Below are positions 52,305 to 61,331 of a stretch of DNA of 64,000 nt, one piece after another. The notes beneath the pieces were generated by a model, which saw only the letters and a list, made by a program, of their open reading frames with translations, was not told the DNA's origin and searched no databases. The stretch comes from an uncultured Acidimicrobiia bacterium. Lineage in GTDB: Bacteria; Acidobacteriota; Terriglobia; Versatilivoradales; Versatilivoraceae. Where the stretch lies: the NCBI GenBank assembly GCA_963786955.1, contig CAWBAT010000006.1:928001-992000 (forward strand). Direction: 5' to 3'. A program made the position numbers and the translations under genes. Every line of letters starts with the position of its first letter. The stretch's first letter is position 1.

Positions 52305-53615
52305 ATGAAATCACGCGAAACGTTGGGAAAAATGTTAGATCAATTTCAGATTTCTCGAAAAGTCTATATTGTATTGGGAATCCTTTGTCTCTCCATATCA
52401 CCCGTACGAGCCCAAAACGAGAGAAGAGCTGACCTGTCAAATCTGGTCGTGATTGGCGATTCGCTGGCGGCCGGATTTCAAAACGGTTCCCTTTTGGATG
52501 TGCAACAAGTTCATGGGTTCGCATCACTTGTAGCCGCTCAAGCCCAAGTGCAGTTACCACTGCCTCTCATCGCCTTCCCAGGAATTCCAAACGTAATTAC
52601 CAGCGTTACTCTCGGCCCTCCCCCGGTCATCCAAACGGCACCAGGTGTTTCGACGGGCAGGACCAATCCGCTGGTCCAGCCTAAAAACCTGGCAGTCCCT
52701 GGGGCAACCGTCCAGGATGCCCTGACTACGAGGCCCACCTGTATACCTGGGAGCCCTACCATAACAGACTTAGTGCTAGGGCTGCCCGCACCATGTCTGG
52801 GTCTCGGATTCCCTCTAAGCCAGATTGAATGGGCAGAGGCGTTGCATCCAACAACTGTCATCGTGTGGTTGGGTAGTGAAGATGCATTGAAAGCCGTTTT
52901 CAGCGGAACCAGTGCAGCTCTTACCCCACCCTCCGCTTTCGCGACTGCGTACGCCGAAGTGATGGTCAGGCTGGCAGGCACTGGCGCAAAATTGGTAGCA
53001 GCCAATGTCCCTGATGTTACGGATATTCCATATCTCACCTCGGCTCCTGTTGCCGCAAACTTGTTCGAAGTCCCGCCCCAGCTGTTCCAGCTGTTCTTGA
53101 TCAAGCTTGGAATTGGCCCAGCCGATTTGCTCACTCCGGATGCTTTTGCATTGATTGGACCTATTTTGCTCAATCAGATTCCTGGACCGCTACCCTCTAA
53201 CGTTGTTCTGGATGCAACAGAAATCCTGGCAATCCGTTCGACCACGCAGGCTTACAACGAAATTATTGCGAATCAGGCGGGTGCACGCGGTGCTGCTCTT
53301 GTCGACGTCGCAGCACTCTACAATTCCATCAAGGCCAAAGGTGTCGTGGTAGGAGGGCAGCGGCTTACGGCGGATTTGTTTGGCGGCATTTTTTCGTTGG
53401 ATGGTATTCATCCAACCAATACCGGATTCGCCATCATCGCCAATGAATTCATCAAAGCATTGAATACCTCTTTTACCGCTGGAATCCCGCCTCTTCCCGT
53501 GCGTCAGATACAAAAAGACGACCCTCTCGTCTTTCCCGGAGTCGGTCATCCTGCTTCAGCTCTGGGGGTTATCAGCCCCACAATAGTTCAATCGCTACGC
53601 TCAGTCTTACGGTAG
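52305..53615 (+). CDS. Secreted SGNH/GDSL hydrolase
   Basis: GAGGAGG RBS before ATG 52305; IGDSLAAG block I, NLAVPGA and FSLDGIHP block V. Confidence 0.88.
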   Translation: MKSRETLGKMLDQFQISRKVYIVLGILCLSISPVRAQNERRADLSNLVVIGDSLAAGFQNGSLLDVQQVHGFASLVAAQAQVQLPLPLIAFPGIPNVITSVTLGPPPVIQTAPGVSTGRTNPLVQPKNLAVPGATVQDALTTRPTCIPGSPTITDLVLGLPAPCLGLGFPLSQIEWAEALHPTTVIVWLGSEDALKAVFSGTSAALTPPSAFATAYAEVMVRLAGTGAKLVAANVPDVTDIPYLTSAPVAANLFEVPPQLFQLFLIKLGIGPADLLTPDAFALIGPILLNQIPGPLPSNVVLDATEILAIRSTTQAYNEIIANQAGARGAALVDVAALYNSIKAKGVVVGGQRLTADLFGGIFSLDGIHPTNTGFAIIANEFIKALNTSFTAGIPPLPVRQIQKDDPLVFPGVGHPASALGVISPTIVQSLRSVLR

Positions 53616-53669
53616 GGCGGTCTCGCTGAGACCGCCGAGCTTGCGGCGCGCACGGCGTGCGCGCCCTAC
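53612..53669. repeat. GTAG REP doublet (second copy)
   Basis: GTAGGGCGGTCTCGCTGAGACCGCC and GGCGCGCACGGCGTGCGCGCCCTAC are identical to the arms at 49759-49828; lies between convergent genes. Confidence 0.88.
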
Positions 53670-53681
53670 CCACTGCAGCCT

Positions 53682-55973
53682 TCATGCTAGGCTCAGGTAA
53701 AGGGCCATATAACGATCCACCGAAGGAATGAAGATCCGTGTGCGACCTCCACGACTCTGTATTTCCAGGGTCTGTTTTTGAGGCCAGACAGTCTCTGCAC
53801 CGGTTAACTTCAGCCGGTCAGAATCGAGCCAGAGCTCAACCCCGGAAGAGCCGCTATATTTGCCCTTGGTAGCCAATTCGACGGCGTTGAGGATTTGCAC
53901 CAGGATGAAGCGTTTGCTCTTCGCATAGAAAAAAGTTCCATGCACATACTCCGTGAAAGGAACGGGGATCAACTCAGCGATGGGATTCGGATCGAGCTGC
54001 TGCATCAAGCTTGGAATCCATTCCCGAATCCAGAACGGGCGATCCGTAATTCCCCACCCTGTAGCGGAATGGATGGCACGGAAAACGGGAGCCCCGATGT
54101 ACAACGCCCGGCCTTGGCCAAATTTGTTATAAACCGCACCGGGTCCGGCGGTTTCAGTCCCCGGGGGCGGCGCCCCCCAGTTGAACCACTTGTCCTTGGG
54201 CAGATCTTCAACCATGACTGGGAGCCGGAAACGCATTACTTCCTCGGCGGTTGTCCGCCGCAGTTTAAGGAAAGATCCAGGCAGCCCTACGGTCCCATCG
54301 GATATCGGTTTTGCCAAAGGGTGTCCGGCTGATTCCAAATAGACCGCGACCATCCCTTCCTTAAATTTCCCATCCTGATCATAAGCATACTTGCGTTCTT
54401 CCGAAACCAGATCGACACCCAAAACATCAGCCAAAGGAAAATTGGAGCGTGGCTGAAAATGTTCATCCAATAGCCCGCACTTGTAGCTGGCCACAAGCGT
54501 CCCTCCCTTCCTGACCCACTCTCGAATGAGCGCCACGTGGGAGTCTGAGAGAACATCCACCTCCGGCAACACCAGCGAATCAAATTGTTCGAGCAATGGA
54601 CCGGAAAGACGGATCTCGGGAATGCTTTCGACCGGACGTCCAGCATAGACCAGCGTTTCCAGAGCCCCGGTCGCCGACTGCCGAAAATCCAAAGGGCGTT
54701 TCTGCCGATCCAGTTCTTCCCGGGTGGTTTCGCTGTAAAGCATCGCCGTGCTGTAGACCGGCTCCAGCCCTTCCAAAAGACCATCCACTTGACGGACATC
54801 TTCCCAAGCTTCCTTCGCCACCTTAAACCAACGAGTGGAATACCCCTGCCCATCAATGTCGCTTAACACCGGCGCATTGCCGACGAAAAAAGTTCTGGCA
54901 TTCTGAACAATCAAAGCATCCGCCTGCACTCGAGGGACAACTCCAGGATACTTGTCCACGTAGCCAAATTGGGTAAAAACGCCGGCCTGATAGTCGGGAC
55001 GACCCCAGCCGCGGGCGAGGATCGATCCCAGCGAGATTCCTGTATTGGTCGTAACCGGTTCATTATAGATATAGCTCACTTTTTGCATGATGGAGTTAGG
55101 GAACTGCTCAGGGCCGCCGTTTAGCGACAGGGGGATCCCAGGCCGGTGTTTGCGAGCAATCGCTAAAATCGCATCTAGCATTTCATTCGTGGTTCGGCGT
55201 TGATGCCACTGGTAACGGCGTTCCCATCCTTCGCGCGTCTTGAACCCTTCACGATAAGGGTCGCCCGGATGGTCTTGGTTCCAAGCCTCTTCGGTATACC
55301 GGCAGAAGCAAAAAGGATCTAACCCTTGACTGTGGTACATCCAGAACTGGATGCCAAAAGAATCCAAGAAAAGCATGTCGCTGGGATAATGGGAGAAGAT
55401 CTCCTCCATCATGCCCAACACAATCTGGCGGTAAGGGCTGTCGAGACAGACAATAGGCCAGCGGAGTTTTTGTTGTTTGCCTTCCTGGTTCACCCAGCCC
55501 CAATCCGGGTGGCTGTGTACGATCTGGTGGTTGAACTGCAAGCTGTAATAGGTGACAGCAGAGATGCCCTTTGCATGGGCCAGCTCAACTTCCTTCCCGT
55601 AAAGATCGAAGGTCAAGTTGGGGTGGCGTACGGATACCTGGGTAGGATAAAAAGCATATCCCCAACAATCCTGCGAATAGAACATGATAGATTCGGCCCC
55701 GGCCTCCTGAGAGGCCTGTAATGCGGCCTCCAAGTTGATATTGAACTTTGCCTCCGGCGGAACCTGAAATTCCCACTCCATCATGCGATACGTCTTTTGG
55801 GGGGAAATCATCCCCACTTTCTTGTGATTCGCCAGCAACTTGGTGAGTTCGGGGTAGACAGATTGGCTGCTCCCGGCCAAAACTCTCGGAGACACCAGGG
55901 CTGCTGCTGCCCCAGTGCTGAGGAATTGGAGAAAACTGCGGCGGCTCGGCCCAAATGGAATGCCATGAGGCAT
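53682..55973 (-). CDS. Tat-exported glycoside hydrolase (GHL6/alpha-L-fucosidase-like) with beta-galactosidase trimerisation-type domain
   Basis: SRRSFLQ Tat motif; GYAFYPT..HPNL, HPDW, VCLDSPY and MLFLD motifs; LVLPEV...WVRKGGTLVASY. Confidence 0.75.
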   Translation of the reverse strand: MPHGIPFGPSRRSFLQFLSTGAAAALVSPRVLAGSSQSVYPELTKLLANHKKVGMISPQKTYRMMEWEFQVPPEAKFNINLEAALQASQEAGAESIMFYSQDCWGYAFYPTQVSVRHPNLTFDLYGKEVELAHAKGISAVTYYSLQFNHQIVHSHPDWGWVNQEGKQQKLRWPIVCLDSPYRQIVLGMMEEIFSHYPSDMLFLDSFGIQFWMYHSQGLDPFCFCRYTEEAWNQDHPGDPYREGFKTREGWERRYQWHQRRTTNEMLDAILAIARKHRPGIPLSLNGGPEQFPNSIMQKVSYIYNEPVTTNTGISLGSILARGWGRPDYQAGVFTQFGYVDKYPGVVPRVQADALIVQNARTFFVGNAPVLSDIDGQGYSTRWFKVAKEAWEDVRQVDGLLEGLEPVYSTAMLYSETTREELDRQKRPLDFRQSATGALETLVYAGRPVESIPEIRLSGPLLEQFDSLVLPEVDVLSDSHVALIREWVRKGGTLVASYKCGLLDEHFQPRSNFPLADVLGVDLVSEERKYAYDQDGKFKEGMVAVYLESAGHPLAKPISDGTVGLPGSFLKLRRTTAEEVMRFRLPVMVEDLPKDKWFNWGAPPPGTETAGPGAVYNKFGQGRALYIGAPVFRAIHSATGWGITDRPFWIREWIPSLMQQLDPNPIAELIPVPFTEYVHGTFFYAKSKRFILVQILNAVELATKGKYSGSSGVELWLDSDRLKLTGAETVWPQKQTLEIQSRGGRTRIFIPSVDRYMALYLSLA

Positions 55974-56132
55974 GATGGTCCTCCTCTAAAAGTCTCCTGA
56001 AATCATATGAAATATGACCCAAAAATCATCGCATTGCGCGTCTGCGTCTTCCCGTGGAATACTCCTCTTTATCAGAAGAGCCCGTCGGTGGGCAGATTTA
56101 GTACTGCTTTTCATAAATACGGTGACAATAAC

Positions 56133-56185
56133 GCCGGGTCGGTGACCCGGCCTACAACTTTGTAGGCCGCGTGCCCCCACGCGGC
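56133..56185. repeat. Back-to-back GTAG REP-like hairpins
   Basis: GCCGGGTCGGTGACCCGGCCTAC, a 6-nt linker, then GTAGGCCGCGTGCCCCCACGCGGC. Confidence 0.7.
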
Positions 56186-56315
56186 GCCTATTCCAAAGAA
56201 ACGTCACCGGATTTATGAAAAGCAGTACTTAGGCCGGAGCAGTGAGGAACCGGATGAGCCCTCGGGAATCGCCACTCGACACGTTGGGGGAGTTGAGAAT
56301 AATGACGGCATATCA

Positions 56316-56750
56316 CTAGACCCGGTGCGTATCAGCCCGCCAGTTCTGGATTGCCTTTTTGATGGCATCTTCAGAGAGACTTTCAGCCGCTGCTTTTTGC
56401 GCCAAGGCAACAAACTCCCTGTCAGAAGCAAAACGCAGGGCGATGATCTGGCGAATGGTCAACTTGGGGTCCAGCAATTTTCCCGTATGCACATAATGAC
56501 GAAAGTTCTCTTCGGCTCGAATCGCACGATCCTGGGCCTTCAACGCGAATATGCGGCAGAAGAAGAACAACAGCAGCAGACAAATCATAATGACAACGAT
56601 CAAGGAGGCACTATAGATTCGCTGATGATCTCCCAGAGAATGGTAAAGATTGACGATGGAACCTATAAACGTGAGAACAATGAGTCCGAAAAGGACGAAG
56701 TGGAACAGCGGGACAAAACGTCGATGATTCGCGTAGTTTTGCGTTTCCAT
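56316..56750 (-). CDS. DUF6526-like small membrane protein
   Basis: QNYANHRRFVPLFHF, two TMs, AQDRAIRAEENFR, QIIALRFASD and IKKAIQNWRAD..RV motifs. Confidence 0.75.
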   Translation of the reverse strand: METQNYANHRRFVPLFHFVLFGLIVLTFIGSIVNLYHSLGDHQRIYSASLIVVIMICLLLLFFFCRIFALKAQDRAIRAEENFRHYVHTGKLLDPKLTIRQIIALRFASDREFVALAQKAAAESLSEDAIKKAIQNWRADTHRV

Positions 56751-56876
56751 AGATAGGCTCCTGTCTTACTGTGAATTTATGTTACAGCCCGGAGTATATC
56801 ATGTCCCAAATTTCTGTGCGGCGTCGCAGAGCTCCGCCCTCCAAAGGTGAGACATTCAGGGCCGTGATTCTTATTT

Positions 56877-57599
56877 TTAGTTTCCAAGGAAGACATTCAA
56901 CGTCAATCCGGCAACGTTTAAATGATTCGGAGTGGAATGGGAAGTATTTTGGTGCAAGTAATAGCCATCCAAAGCCCAATGGCGCTTGAATTGAAATTGC
57001 ACGCCAAAGGAATATTGGTTTTGAACCCAACTGTCATATCGAGTGTCATAGAAGAGTTCACCCCAGGCATAGGGATCAAACCGAATATGATGTACCAGGA
57101 ACGCCCGCTCAAGAGTCAAACGGTTTCGGTAACGGGTGGAATACTCCCCATTGATGAACCGCAATTCGACAAGGTTCCGATCTGACAACAACAGTCCATA
57201 GCGAGGATAAAAGCGTGGCGTGCCTTCGATGAGAACCCTGTTTTCATCGCTGGGACTCTTTTGCTCCTGTGTCGTTTGCCAGTAATTGATAGCCAACGCC
57301 AAAGACAAAATAGTTTTCCTTGTCACTGTCATAATGGGGCCGATGTTCTCGATTCACCGGCTTCAACTGAAAGTTAACTTGTGCGCCTTCAAACCATTGT
57401 AAATAAGAGGATTCACTCGCTGGTCCGAGTTCCACCCTATCAGGTTTAATCTCATGCCTGGTTCGAGCCGGACGTAGGCATCCGCCTCTGACCAAAGTTC
57501 TGCCCATGTTTCTGGCTGCTGGGCACGGGCGTTCGACGAAAAAGTCAGGAGAAGCAGAAAGCAGCCACTCAGTTGTAAAAGGATTCTTCTCCCAGCCAT
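56877..57599 (-). pseudogene. DUF2490-like outer-membrane beta-barrel protein, frameshifted
   Basis: Signal peptide from ATG 57599; three overlapping frames joined by shifts at about 57410-57445 and 57285; ENR, DRN..E.R, RYRNR and E.FYD motifs; aromatic C-terminal strand. Confidence 0.72.
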
Positions 57600-57611
57600 A
57601 GAATTTTTTTT

Positions 57612-58825
57612 AGCCACAAAAAGGCACAAAAGTCGCAAAGAGGTTACGGGGTCTTTTTGGCATCATGTGGCCGTCATTTCTAGTTGAGTCTCTTTCGATC
57701 CCTAAGCTTCAAAGATAATTACTGTTTCGCCTTCAATCCTACCTTACAAGAACGATACGCCAACATATGGAGCCCTTTTACTTTTATCTTGTTTTGCGTT
57801 TTTTGCGCTTCTTTGCGGCTCAAAAGTTTTAGCCGCAAAAAGGCACAAAAGTCGCATAGCGACGACGCAAATTTCTAGCATCACTTCGTCATGAATACTT
57901 AACAAGCCCAACTGGATCCATGGGCTTAAAAGATAGATATTGTTTAGACTTCGATCCCGCCTTACAGGAACAATACGCCAACATATGGGGCCCTTTTACT
58001 TATTTCTCTTTTTGCGTTTTTTGCGCTTCTTTGCGGCTAAAAGAATCTTGGGCGTAAAAAGGGCGTTAAGAACAGCTACCCTTTCGTCAAAACGTATTTG
58101 TGAATCTCTAATTTGGGTGCACCAAAATTGATGAGTAATCCGTGCTCAATTCGGCAAGCACGCAAATAACCCAAGATTTGAGCAATATGCTCCTCGGCTA
58201 TCGCCTTACAGGCTTTCAATTCAATAATCAAACAAGCCTCAACAAATAAGTCCGCACAATAGTCTCCCAATACTGTTCCATCTTCATCAATGACCTTCAA
58301 AGGGAATTGCTGATCGACCTTCAACCCTTGGTTGCGCAGGCGATGAGCCAGACCATTCTCATAAACCTTTTCTAGATGCCCATGCCGTAAATATTCATGG
58401 AGGGCAAAGCTGGTTTCCCTTATCTGGTCACAAAGTTGGAAGATGGGATCCTTCATTCATTCTGCCCGCTCAGCTTTTTATTGCTCAAAGGAATTATTGG
58501 CCGCAAAAAGGCACAAAAGTCGCAAAGGGACGACACAAAATTTCGAACAACACATGCTAGTAAGTCCTAATCAAATCCATCAAGATTTAACTCAAACAAT
58601 GACTAGGGATCGTTTCCTCTTGGATCTTGCCTCAGATAAAAGATAGAGCAATAAAATGGGATCCTTGTTTCATTTCACTTCTTGCGCTTTTTTGCGACTC
58701 TTTGCGGCAAATGAATTTTGGGCCACAAAAAGGCACAAGAAACGCAAAAATGGTAAAGGTCTTTTCCGGCAGCTTCGTAGCCTTCCCTCTGTGCCTCTTG
58801 CGCTTTTTTGCGACTCTTTGCGGCT
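57612..58825. repeat. Array of inverted-repeat-bounded units around the GxxExxY gene
   Basis: Forward arms at 57612, 57831, 58499 and 58721 (RGCCRCAAAAAGGCACAARARWCGCAWAR); reverse arms at 57792, 58010, 58681 and 58797; spacers of about 150 bp are mutually homologous. Confidence 0.92.
58076..58456 (-). CDS. GxxExxY protein (PD-(D/E)XK nuclease superfamily, PDDEXK_3)
   Basis: GHLEKVY signature, ADLFVE...IIELK nuclease motif, HIAQILGYL and GLLINFG. Confidence 0.92.
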   Translation of the reverse strand: MKDPIFQLCDQIRETSFALHEYLRHGHLEKVYENGLAHRLRNQGLKVDQQFPLKVIDEDGTVLGDYCADLFVEACLIIELKACKAIAEEHIAQILGYLRACRIEHGLLINFGAPKLEIHKYVLTKG

Positions 58826-58849
58826 GAAGAAGCAGTCGCAGCGCCAGTT

Positions 58850-58873
58850 GTAGCCGGGGACGTTGACCCCGGC
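58850..58873. repeat. GTAG REP-like hairpin
   Basis: GTAGCCGGGGACGTTGACCCCGGC stem-loop right after the array. Confidence 0.55.
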
Positions 58874-59015
58874 CGGCCCCAGCGGGGCCAGCTAATACAC
58901 GGACTTTTGCAACTTAGTACTTGTCTGAATGGTTTTACTTCAATGCCTCGGTGATGCAGCACAACGAAGTGGGACAGCGACAGCCTGCCGAGTTGTTACT
59001 CCTGCGCAAGCTGCT

Positions 59016-59771
59016 TCAGGGTGTGGGGACTACTCGATAGTAGACGCCGTTTGCGCCATAGGACGGCTGGAACCAGGTGTTGCCCAGTATGTAATAGGTT
59101 GTGCCGTTGACGGTAGCAGGGGCAGAGCCAACCGGCAGCGTCGCATAAATCCCGCCCATCACGTAAGCGGTGCTTGCCGCAGCCGCCCCGGCTGCGACAC
59201 CGGCGCTATAAGCGGTGGCGGTATTGGCACTGCCGGCAGCAACTCCGGCACTGTAGGCACTGCTCGTGGCTGCAGATGTTTTGGATGAGGCAACGGCCGC
59301 TCCGACCACGGCACCCGTAACGGCAGCGCCTGCCACCGCCCAGCCGCTGACGCAGTTGTAACACCCTGTTCCGTAATGAACCACTGTGGTCGGTGGATGG
59401 TATCCATAGTAGGCAGTAGGCGGATGGTATCCATAATAAGGCGTGGGAGGATGATACGCGGTGGCGCCATAGGGGGTGGTATGGGTCGCGCCATATCCGG
59501 CTTCGCCCGATGTGGTTCCTCCGTAGGTGTTCGTGTGGGTTGTGCCCCCGCCGTAGGCGTGCGACGTGCTGCCGCCGTACTCGTTAGTGTGAGAGCTACC
59601 CTCTCCATAGGTGTGCGACGTGCTGGTGCCATAGGCGCTGCTGTGACTCGTGGAACCATAACTGTGCGAGGTGCTGCCGCCGTAACGGTTCGCATGCGAG
59701 TAGGCTAAAGCTGACTCGCACGGTACGAGCACAATCATGAAACTTAAAATACAAATGACGATAGCTTTCAT
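59016..59771 (-). CDS. Secreted low-complexity His/Tyr/Gly/Ser/Thr-repeat protein with DUF6515-like C-terminus
   Basis: Signal peptide; repeated (H)xYGGxTS/T units; YHPP repeats; hydrophobic Ala/Gly segment; C-terminal TLP...VNGTTYY...WFQPSY...YRVVP; GGAGG RBS. Confidence 0.75.
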   Translation of the reverse strand: MKAIVICILSFMIVLVPCESALAYSHANRYGGSTSHSYGSTSHSSAYGTSTSHTYGEGSSHTNEYGGSTSHAYGGGTTHTNTYGGTTSGEAGYGATHTTPYGATAYHPPTPYYGYHPPTAYYGYHPPTTVVHYGTGCYNCVSGWAVAGAAVTGAVVGAAVASSKTSAATSSAYSAGVAAGSANTATAYSAGVAAGAAAASTAYVMGGIYATLPVGSAPATVNGTTYYILGNTWFQPSYGANGVYYRVVPTP

Positions 59772-59790
59772 ATTTTATTCTACCTCCTCT

Positions 59791-60684
59791 TTACTTTTTC
59801 TCCGCTTTGGATGGGGTTGGCTTGGCCTTCTTCGGAGGCTTCGCGCCTGGCGACGGTGCCGGGTTTGGGTGGGCAAACGGGATCCGCTTTGCATTGGCAG
59901 CGCTCGATGATCCAAAGGCATCCGCCGGGACAGTCAAATCAAGTTTCCAATCCGAAAGCAGCAAGTTGTGGCGCAGTCGCTCCGGATCGTCGAGGTACAC
60001 TGCATGAATCAACCGGGGCAGCTTGTCTTCAGTTCCAATGAAGACCTGTGCGAACACCCCGTCGCCGGCGTAGGCCACGATATCCGTCGTCGTGTCCCCA
60101 ACAATATGGGATTGGCCGACGTAGTATGCCAACTGCAGCCCCGGGGCCAGATCCTTGTAGGGGTCTGTCACAATCAAGTCGGTAAAGGGAAAATAAATCG
60201 CCGCAGAACGGTAGGCGGCTTCCAGCGTCGCGTCGATCGTGGGCGGCGCATCAGCCACGGCCAGCAGATTCTCGACCGGCGCAAAGGCCATCATGACCTT
60301 GCCGTCGTAGTAAAACTCAGAAGCCGGACCATCCCCAGAGAGGATCACCCGCAATTTGTCAGGCCGCTGCAGAGTGACTAGGAACTTGTTGGCGAAAGCA
60401 AGAGGATGACCCTGGCGGCTCGGGCTCTCAAAAGTTTCCACTGCCGTAAACGCCATCGTCCGGGCCGCGGCCAGGCGGCTGCTCGTGGCCTTCAGAATCT
60501 CGACCGCTTTGGGCTCGAGATCCGGCTTGGGCTGGGTTGCAACCGGCTTCTTGGCTGGGACAGCCTTTTTCTGGGTTGCTGCTGGTTTCGAAGATTGCGG
60601 TGGGGCCTGGGCGTTTGCTGTGGCAAGGAAAAGGCTCAATACCATCGGCATCATCCAACTTAGGAATTTATTTCGAATCATCAT
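59791..60684 (-). CDS. DUF2092 periplasmic protein (LolA-like fold)
   Basis: Start ATG 60684 with GGAG RBS; signal peptide; LQRPDKLRV, FYYDGK, APPTID and FPFTDLI motifs. Confidence 0.8.
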   Translation of the reverse strand: MMIRNKFLSWMMPMVLSLFLATANAQAPPQSSKPAATQKKAVPAKKPVATQPKPDLEPKAVEILKATSSRLAAARTMAFTAVETFESPSRQGHPLAFANKFLVTLQRPDKLRVILSGDGPASEFYYDGKVMMAFAPVENLLAVADAPPTIDATLEAAYRSAAIYFPFTDLIVTDPYKDLAPGLQLAYYVGQSHIVGDTTTDIVAYAGDGVFAQVFIGTEDKLPRLIHAVYLDDPERLRHNLLLSDWKLDLTVPADAFGSSSAANAKRIPFAHPNPAPSPGAKPPKKAKPTPSKAEKK

Positions 60685-60728
60685 GGTTCTCCACGAGTAA
60701 GAGAATCGAGGTCTGTACTGGAATTCAA

Positions 60729-61021
60729 TCACGGAATCATCCCACATTCAAACATTTTGTTGGCGATGGGAGGTGCAACTTTATTGATGAATACGGTGCG
60801 CATCTGCGGATCGTTCTTAAGTAATCCGATGACTTTTTGTTCTTCAGTGCTCGGCGGGGCCTTTTGGCTTTTCTTCACCCACAACTGCTCGCAAGTCGAC
60901 TGCTGGTACTTTTGAATAACCTGTTAGCAACCATATCCAAGATCGGATATTGGGGAAGGGCCGGGCCAACCAAAAGCAAAGTGGGAATTAAGGGGATCAG
61001 GAGAATAAGTCTCTTGCTCGT
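60729..61021 (-). pseudogene. Small secreted two-Cys protein missed by the ORF track (ACG start, 1-bp deletion near 60921)
   Basis: Manual translation: SKRLILLIPLIPTLLLVGPALPQYPILDMVAN/VIQKYQQSTCEQLWVKKSQKAPPSTEEQKVIGLLKNDPQMRTVFINKVAPPIANKMFECGMIP*. Confidence 0.7.
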
Positions 61022-61300
61022 GGCTAATTCCGTGGGCCGGTCCAAGCGGCGAAAATTTTAAAGTAAAGAGAATCTTGCGGTGACAAAGTGAGGAGCCGGA
61101 CTGGCTATTGCGTGTTACGTTTCCCCAATGGAATTGTGCTGAAGGCACCTACAGAGTTTGTGAGGAAGATTCAGGAGTGCATCGCAAAGTTGGAGGAGGC
61201 TCGTTTGGAAAAGTTTCGCAAGAAGTGATTGGTGAAGGGAAGATGGGAATTCCCCCTTGTATATTCATTCCGGAGTTAGGAATGTGCAAGAATTGGCCAG

Positions 61301-61331
61301 CCCCTCTCCCACGCGCTGGGGCGAGGGGAGC
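61301..61331. repeat. CCCCTCTCCC...GAGGGGAG palindromic repeat
   Basis: Near-copy of 49895-49926; a related hairpin lies at about 61529-61570. Confidence 0.7.

Noticed and set aside
57612-58825. CRISPR array or integron attC array
   Set aside because: The 29-bp repeats alternate in orientation, the spacers are about 150 bp and homologous to each other, and there are no cas or intI genes or GTTRRRY core sites.
57684-58962. Short ORFs 57684-57878, 57940-58131, 58443-58646, 58627-58827, 58656-58853 and 58675-58962
   Set aside because: They are translations of the repeat arms (FCVFCASLRL, LRFLRFFAAK, AAKRHKSRK) with no RBS or domain signal.
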